In this document: piece after piece, positions 51,534 to 57,718 of the stretch | How the letters are laid out: each line of letters opens with the position of its first letter | Position numbering within the stretch: position 1 is the stretch's first letter | Assembly (NCBI RefSeq): GCF_041555295.1 | Contig: NZ_JBFFKR010000001.1 | Span: 1 to 57,718 of the forward strand | Source: Ancylomarina sp. | GTDB lineage: Bacteria; Bacteroidota; Bacteroidia; Bacteroidales; Marinifilaceae | Direction: 5' to 3' | Length of the DNA stretch: 57,718 bases | The notes under the pieces: model-generated | What the model was told of the DNA's origin: nothing | What the model saw: only the letters and a program-made list of their open reading frames with translations | The model's database searches: none | Position numbers and translations under genes: made by a program

Positions 51534-52135
51534 ATGAACCTATACTTGTTTAGCACTCCCTTGGCTCAGGTTGTCCTACTTCTCAGCACAAGAAATTGAC
51601 TACCTCATCTCTTGAGATTATACAGACTCAATAGATATTTTAAGCTTTTCGACTCGTGGAGAAGTCTTCCGCTGGTCTTGCGAGATGTATCTACAGAGTA
51701 GAGAATGTGTTTTGAGCTCTTGGGAGATGTATCTTAAGTCTGGCGGAAAGTCTTTTTAGTCTTCAGAATGTTTTTCACACTCCCAATTGTACATCCCCAA
51801 GAGATTCTATAGGCTTCTCTGCTTTAAAGGAAGACTTCCGCTGCTCTTGTTGGGTGCATGTTCTGCTCTAAAGGAAGCTATATTCCTTCTTCAGATACGC
51901 ATCTTAAGAGCCGAGGAAGTGATCTCTATACCTTAGAATACTTCCTACAGACCTAAGTAAGTACTATTTAGGTCTCAAATGTGTGTCGCAAGACTGGCGG
52001 GAGTCTTTTTTATGAACGGAACTATACTTAAACATGTCCAGCGCTAGTCTTCCTTTACTCCTCAGATGTGTGTCTCTAGACTAGCGGAAGTCTTTTTTAT
52101 GAGGTGAACTGTGTGTATTCATGGAACTATACTTA
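51534..52135. repeat. Degenerate palindromic array with ~21-bp / 42-bp periodicity
   Basis: Recurrent GGAAG-N-CTTCC and AGAT-N2-4-ATCT cores ~21 bp apart; 37/42-nt duplicate at 51974-52015 vs 52061-52102; no ORF of 60 aa or more inside the array. Confidence 0.75.
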
Positions 52136-52561
52136 GAGAAGTGCCGATTATGCAGATGATCGCAGAAAAAGAGTTTGGATTTTACTTTAATCATTTTACC
52201 CAATGAGAAAATCTCTAGTACAGCCAATTTGAAATGATATTTTCGTGTTTTACCTGTCGTCTCATATCATGTAGAACAGCTTGTGTATTTATAAAAGGGT
52301 ATTGCTGTTTTTATAGTTAATTAATCGTAGTGTTTTTGTTGTGTTAATAAATCATCATGTTAAGTATTTACTGAGATGATTGGTTTTGTTCTAGCTTATT
52401 GTTGTGATGTTTCATGATTTTTAGCTATTTTTTTCTTTTGTGTGTGTAAAGATGTGTTAATCAATGTTTGGAGTTTGTTTGTGGAAACTGTATATTTAAT
52501 TTGTTAAAGAGAAGTTGGGTGTTAAGATTATTCTTGTTTGATGTGGGTTGTGAGTTTGTGA

Positions 52562-52576
52562 TTTTTTTTTTTTTTT
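52562..52576 (+). repeat. Poly-T15 tract upstream of the tail-collar gene
   Basis: Read directly. Confidence 0.95.
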
Positions 52577-52608
52577 CAATAATCATATTAACAATTAAAA
52601 TCTTAACT

Positions 52609-53193
52609 ATGGAAGCATTTCTTTCTTTTATTGGGATCTGGCCCCTAAAGTGGGCGCCTAACTATTGGGCTTTATGTTGGGGCCAAACTATTTCTATTAA
52701 CGACAATCCTGCACTTTATTCATTACTTGGAACAACTTATGGCGGTGATGGTAGATCTTATTTTAAACTACCTGACTTTCGTGGAAGAGTTCAGGTTGGT
52801 TATGGATCTGGAATAGGTTTAATTCCCACTACTATTATGGGCCAAATAGGAGGGGTTGAAAAGGTGCAATTAACACAAAACGAAATGCCTACTCACACCC
52901 ATGCAGCAGCTCTTTCTTCTGTTTCAGTATCGTTTAAGGCTAGCGATCAGCCCGGTACAGAATCAAAACCAGGCGAAAATAATGCTAAAACAATTGGAGC
53001 AGGTGCTGGAAAGTATGCTGCTACCCTTTATAACACAGAAGTACCTAATGTTAGCTTGGATGGTGTGTCTGCAAGCGGTGGTAACATATCGGTAAATAAT
53101 GCAGGTTTAAGTCAGTATCATGAGAATAGACAACCTTACACTGTTACAAATTATATTATGAGTATGCAAGGAATCTTCCCACCAAGACCATAA
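52609..53193 (+). CDS. Phage tail collar domain protein (microcystin-dependent protein-like)
   Basis: WAPNYWALCWGQ...ALYSLLGTTYGGDG...FKLPDFRGR, EMPTHTH, HENRQPY, GIFPPRP. Start at MEAFL. Confidence 0.92.
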   Translation: MEAFLSFIGIWPLKWAPNYWALCWGQTISINDNPALYSLLGTTYGGDGRSYFKLPDFRGRVQVGYGSGIGLIPTTIMGQIGGVEKVQLTQNEMPTHTHAAALSSVSVSFKASDQPGTESKPGENNAKTIGAGAGKYAATLYNTEVPNVSLDGVSASGGNISVNNAGLSQYHENRQPYTVTNYIMSMQGIFPPRP

Positions 53194-53211
53194 TAATAAT
53201 AATAATAAGTC

Positions 53212-53246
53212 GGGATCAAGCTACTTTTTAGCTTGATCCTTTTTTT
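53212..53246 (+). terminator. Intrinsic terminator after the tail-collar gene
   Basis: GGATCAAGCTA-CTTTT-TAGCTTGATCC-T7. Confidence 0.9.
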
Positions 53247-53276
53247 ACTCCTAGTTAACCCCAACTTCTTTTCTTT

Positions 53277-54437
53277 ATGATTAAAAATATCAAGATAGGT
53301 TTTCTGACACCCTATTCCTCCATTTATCCCGAGATGACTCCCAGCCTTATCTCTGGCTTTTATTCTGCCATTCCTGAAAAATATCATTCTGTTTTTCAGA
53401 TAATACCTGAGTATATCGGACAGGGAGGGGATAAGATAATCATCGAAGCAGCAAATAAGTTGTTGCATTTCCATCAGGTGGATATCCTTGCTGGATTCGT
53501 CAGTTATAAAGTTCTGCCTTCTATTATTCCCCATATCGAAAGCAGGCAAAAGGTAGGTTTCTTCTTCGATGCAGGAGAATATATCCCTTATACCCATCAT
53601 ATATCAGACAATGTGTTCTTTAACAGTTTCCAGATGTGGCAGTCACAATTTGCCCTAGGAGATTGGGCTCATAAACAGTTTGGTGATAAAGGTACAGTTA
53701 TTACCCCCATATACGATAGTGGTTACCATCTGCAATCTGCTTTTCGACAAGGGGCTGTAATGGCGGGCGCCAGTGAATTGGATTTTCATGTACTCAATTA
53801 TAAGCCTGAAGGTTCGCAAGTGAAAGGACAAATTCAGGAACTATTTCAACAACTCAAAAAAGAAAAGCCCTCATTTATACATGCTCTTTTTTGTGGTAAC
53901 GAAGCCCTCGAATTCTACGATGAATTCTGCAAATCGGGTTTAAACAAACAGATTCCCCTTATTGTAAGCGCTCATATGGCCTCCGATGAAATACTGAAGC
54001 AAGTGAGTAATCTGGATCTGAAATTCTATTCGGCATCCATGTGGAACTATCATTCAAAAGAACAGGCCAATCTTCAATTCAAACAAAAGGTGAACCAATT
54101 TGCAGGACAAAAACCCGATTTTTACACCCTTTTGGGTTATGAAACAGGTCTTTTGTTTGAGAAATTGATACCTGATTTCCAAAAAAGAGACTGGCCTGAG
54201 ATTAAAAAAAGACTCAAAACTGAAACCATTGAAGGACCTAGAGGCAAACGTTCCTTTTTCCTGAATTCAGAATATGCCACTCCCCTTATAGATATCGAAA
54301 AGATTGGGTTTCACGCTAACACCGTGACCAAGATCGTTATTGAACAAGGAATAGCCATGCAGTACAATCATGAAACCTACGAAAGGATTCATAAAGAGAA
54401 TGTCAGTGGCTGGCTAAATCCCTACATGTGCGTGTAA
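53277..54437 (+). CDS. Type-1 periplasmic-binding-fold (LivJ-like) protein lacking a signal peptide
   Basis: KIGFLTPYS first strand, LLGYETG, IEGPRG, C-terminal SGWLNPYMCV. Confidence 0.75.
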   Translation: MIKNIKIGFLTPYSSIYPEMTPSLISGFYSAIPEKYHSVFQIIPEYIGQGGDKIIIEAANKLLHFHQVDILAGFVSYKVLPSIIPHIESRQKVGFFFDAGEYIPYTHHISDNVFFNSFQMWQSQFALGDWAHKQFGDKGTVITPIYDSGYHLQSAFRQGAVMAGASELDFHVLNYKPEGSQVKGQIQELFQQLKKEKPSFIHALFCGNEALEFYDEFCKSGLNKQIPLIVSAHMASDEILKQVSNLDLKFYSASMWNYHSKEQANLQFKQKVNQFAGQKPDFYTLLGYETGLLFEKLIPDFQKRDWPEIKKRLKTETIEGPRGKRSFFLNSEYATPLIDIEKIGFHANTVTKIVIEQGIAMQYNHETYERIHKENVSGWLNPYMCV

Positions 54438-54496
54438 GTTGATCTATTTTCTTAATATATAATTCAACAATTCAGAGTATTCCTAAACCCTAAATT

Positions 54497-57400
54497 ATGA
54501 AAGCAACTTCTACCCATTACCCATTTTTTCGAAATGTCAGATATTTATTGGCGATATTTTTATTCCTATCTGGTAGTTTAAGTTTTGGACAGACTACAGA
54601 AAACTATTCTGGTGTAGGAACATCTCCTGATGAATCTATTGTAAATGGGATGACTGCATATGAATATGGAGACTTTACATACCAAATTACGGAATTGGAT
54701 GGACAAGAAACAGACGTAGATCTGTATTGGTGGGTAGTTTGGAGTGAAAGTGGAACTTCAGATTTAGGAGTTACAGGAGCAGACGCAACTTTCGTAAAAA
54801 CATTTAAGATAAAAAAGACTGATGGGGCTTCTTTTACCGCAACAAGTCTTTGGATCTTTTCAGATTTTGACGACGTAATTATTACAGGATATAATGATAA
54901 CGCCACCACAGGTCAGACGGTGACGGTTTCCGCTGGTTTTTCAGGAATACAGACACTAAATTTTACAGGGGTTGATGAACTTCGGTTTGAAGGGACTGAA
55001 ATCATAATTGAGATTGATGATTTTGCGTACACTTTAGGTGCAGCCAATGCCGCCCCCACGGCTACAGCACTTAGTGCCCCAAGCGTAAGCGAAGATGATA
55101 CAAATGTTGCTTTGGCAGATAACATTCAAGTAGCAGATACTGATGGAGATGACCAGACGCTTACATTTACAATAACCGGAGGAACGCTTACTACGGGAAC
55201 TACTGGCATTACATTTGGTGGCAATGGAAATGGATCAGCTAGTTTTACGGCTTCAGGTACACTGGCTGCAATTAATACAGCTTTGGATGCTGCTACATTT
55301 ACTCCTACTCCTAACCTAAGTGGCACTAATGCTGCTACAATTTCTTTTACTACAAACGATGGAACAGACGATTCCAATACAGCGAGCGTTAGCTTTGATA
55401 TCACTGCTGTTAATGATACTCCCGTTATTTCAATTGACGGATCTGTTTTATCTTATACCGAAAATAATGCAGCTATTCAAATTGATGCTGCTGCAACAGT
55501 AACCGATCCTGACGGTGATGCCGATTGGAACGGTGGACAACTAGCTATAGAACTAAACTCTTATATTGATTCATCAGATGAAATTAGTGTTAGTGACACA
55601 GATGGTGATGGAATAGCAATTACCATTAGCGGAGCCAATATATTTGCTAATGGCACTGACGTAGGTGATTTAGTTCCCAGTGGAGGAGTAGCGACAGGGG
55701 GAACGCAACTCGCTATCGGATTTGATTCTGATGCTACAAATGCCATTGTGCAGCAAGTGTTTAGATCTATACGATATAGGAATACGTCTGATAACCCAGG
55801 AACTTCCGAGCGGTGGATAACTATTTCCGCTTTAGATGCAGTTCTTGCCAGTAAAACTGTTCAACGTACAATTGGTGTTACTGCTGTTAATGATGATCCA
55901 ACCATTTCAGGTTTACCTACCGATATTACAGTTACGGAAGATATTGCAAGTAATGTTGATCTTTCGGCTGCCACTTTAGCTGATGTAGATGCAGGAGCAA
56001 ATAGTATTGTATTAACTATTACGACATCGACAGGTACACTTTCTGCTAGTACAGGAGGTTCAGTCACTATTGGAGGTTCAGGTACAGGTACGCTTACTTT
56101 AACCGGAACAGTTGCCAATATTGATACTTATTTAAATATTGCATCGAATATTAAATATACTGGGGCTAGTAATATAAATGGTAACGATGCTGCTACTTTA
56201 AGTGTATCGGCTAATGATGGAGGTTATACTGGAACAGGTGGAGGAACAGATGTTTCTTTAGGAACAGTTAATGTTGATATCACTGCCGTTAACGATAAAC
56301 CCACAGCAAGTAATTTTTCAGCAACAACAATATATGAAGGAACACCCTATGTTTTTTCTACAGGAAATTTTGCTTATTCAGATGTTGATGGTAATGCTCT
56401 GGTTAAGATTACTTTTAATTGGGTACCTGAGAATGGTATATTATATCTTGATGCCGATAATGGAGATGATTATGATGCTGGAGAGGAATTAGCTAATGGA
56501 GCAAATGTTAGCAAGGCTAATTTAGATAATGGGAACTTACAATATTTAAATACTGATGGAATAAGCAGTTATTTTGAATTTGTTGTGAACGATGGTATTA
56601 CCTATAGTGCCTCAATTTACACTGCTACATTAACAGTTTCTTCAGCACCTACGGTAACGCTTAGTTTAGATCCTTCTTCTTCCATAGCAGAAAGCTCTGG
56701 AACAACAAATCTAAAAGCAACATTATCTAACAGTTTTAATAAAGATGTAACAGTAAATCTTCTTTTTTCAGGAACAGCAACAGGTTCAGCTACCGATTAT
56801 ACTTTACCTGCATCATCTATAATAATATCAGCGGGTAATACATCTAACTCCATACAACTTTCTTCTGTTAGTGATGCTTTGGATGAAGATAACGAAAGTA
56901 TTATAATTGATGTTGTGACTGTGACCAATGGTACAGAAGATGGTACGCAACAAGTTACAGCAACAATACTTGATGATGATTATTCACCTACCCTCACTAC
57001 AAACAGTACCCTCAATATTGATGAGGCAGCAAGTGCTACTCTAAGTTCAGTCTCACACTTAAGTGCTACTGATGCCGATGATAATGATGCAATATTGATT
57101 TTTACAGTGACCACCAATACTTCGAATGGTGCCTTAAAGAAATCTGGTTCCATTGTGAATGAAAATGGAACTTTTACACAGGCTGATCTTACAGCTGGTA
57201 TTATAACTTATGCCCACGATGGCACAAATACTGACACTGACAGTTTTGTTTTTAAAGTCTCAGATGAACATGGTAATGAGTTGACCAATCAGACATTTTC
57301 CTTTGTTGTAACAAATTATACTCAAATAGCTTCATTGACTTTACCAGCTACTTCATCAACAGATAACAGTGATTTGAATGTCGATTTCAGCCTTCCCGAG

Positions 57401-57718
57401 GCTGCAAGCCCTGGTACGCTTAAAATGACCTTTATGCGTACAGGTGGAACTGCCGATGCGTCTGCACCGCATGTTCTTACTTTTGCTACCGGATTCGAAT
57501 CGGCTACTCAACATATAACTACACTCGATGGAACGGATCTGTCTTCCAATGCCAATGTCGCCAGTGTAACCACCGATGGCAATGATGCCCTTGTTGATGG
57601 TGCAATCTACTCTGTTAGCCTGGAGTATCAGGATGTGCTTCTGAATGCAGTTGCATCGATAACATCTGCAGGTTTGACCTATGACAATATAAGTCAGTTG
57701 CCCACACTGGCATTGCCA
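54497..57718 (+). CDS. Giant secreted adhesin-like protein with cadherin-like and Calx-beta repeats (runs off window end)
   Basis: Absent from the ORF track (no stop in window). ATG 54497 MKATSTHY...SLSFG|Q signal peptide; ITAVNDxP and DxDGD repeats; Calx-beta-like ATILDDD; FTQADL...YAHDG; same frame at the window end (1074 codons). Confidence 0.9.
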   Translation, partial: MKATSTHYPFFRNVRYLLAIFLFLSGSLSFGQTTENYSGVGTSPDESIVNGMTAYEYGDFTYQITELDGQETDVDLYWWVVWSESGTSDLGVTGADATFVKTFKIKKTDGASFTATSLWIFSDFDDVIITGYNDNATTGQTVTVSAGFSGIQTLNFTGVDELRFEGTEIIIEIDDFAYTLGAANAAPTATALSAPSVSEDDTNVALADNIQVADTDGDDQTLTFTITGGTLTTGTTGITFGGNGNGSASFTASGTLAAINTALDAATFTPTPNLSGTNAATISFTTNDGTDDSNTASVSFDITAVNDTPVISIDGSVLSYTENNAAIQIDAAATVTDPDGDADWNGGQLAIELNSYIDSSDEISVSDTDGDGIAITISGANIFANGTDVGDLVPSGGVATGGTQLAIGFDSDATNAIVQQVFRSIRYRNTSDNPGTSERWITISALDAVLASKTVQRTIGVTAVNDDPTISGLPTDITVTEDIASNVDLSAATLADVDAGANSIVLTITTSTGTLSASTGGSVTIGGSGTGTLTLTGTVANIDTYLNIASNIKYTGASNINGNDAATLSVSANDGGYTGTGGGTDVSLGTVNVDITAVNDKPTASNFSATTIYEGTPYVFSTGNFAYSDVDGNALVKITFNWVPENGILYLDADNGDDYDAGEELANGANVSKANLDNGNLQYLNTDGISSYFEFVVNDGITYSASIYTATLTVSSAPTVTLSLDPSSSIAESSGTTNLKATLSNSFNKDVTVNLLFSGTATGSATDYTLPASSIIISAGNTSNSIQLSSVSDALDEDNESIIIDVVTVTNGTEDGTQQVTATILDDDYSPTLTTNSTLNIDEAASATLSSVSHLSATDADDNDAILIFTVTTNTSNGALKKSGSIVNENGTFTQADLTAGIITYAHDGTNTDTDSFVFKVSDEHGNELTNQTFSFVVTNYTQIASLTLPATSSTDNSDLNVDFSLPEAASPGTLKMTFMRTGGTADASAPHVLTFATGFESATQHITTLDGTDLSSNANVASVTTDGNDALVDGAIYSVSLEYQDVLLNAVASITSAGLTYDNISQLPTLALP

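Noticed and set aside
51534-52135. CRISPR array or IS element
   Set aside because: No constant repeat with unique spacers, no transposase ORF, and no clear terminal inverted repeats with a target duplication.
52468-52608. N-terminal extension of the tail-collar ORF
   Set aside because: Runs through the poly-T tract; the family motif begins at ATG 52609, which has an A-rich initiation context.
52609-53193. Prophage
   Set aside because: Single collar gene; no integrase, capsid, terminase, sheath or baseplate genes in the window.
53151-53600. 149-aa minus-strand ORF with poly-Tyr
   Set aside because: Antisense to two real genes; the Tyr run is just the (TAA)6 repeat read backwards.
54604-56492. 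Several short ORFs in the track
   Set aside because: Antisense or off-frame shadows of the giant adhesin gene.

Overview
AT-rich Bacteroidota chromosomal segment; gene content and TAnnTTTG promoters suggest a marine Bacteroidales/Marinifilaceae-like organism (inference). Most of it is housekeeping or envelope genes: fabH-type KASIII, MscS, peptidase M64, an ECF sigma/anti-sigma pair, PPIases, mnmD, MATE, dinB, a split 5'-nucleotidase, glyA, exbBD-tonB, nhaD, tamB/tsaD, and a hybrid-kinase/CheR/CheB signalling operon. No rRNA, tRNA, CRISPR, transposase or integrase was recognised. The most notable items are: (1) a ~600-bp non-coding, degenerate, palindromic array with 21/42-bp periodicity at ~51.53-52.14 kb, with a short 42-bp-period element of similar architecture at ~1.95-2.02 kb; (2) directly downstream, a module of an orphan phage-tail-collar protein, a signal-less periplasmic-binding-fold protein and a giant cadherin/Calx-beta adhesin; (3) an operon of three TM2-like proteins, a YidD-like protein and a LolA-like protein; (4) a reductive-dehalogenase-like protein with three N-terminal TM helices and no Tat signal or rdhB; (5) a probable AUU start for tamB and structured leaders on two PPIase genes. 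All calls come from reading motifs by eye; no searches or folding computations were run.
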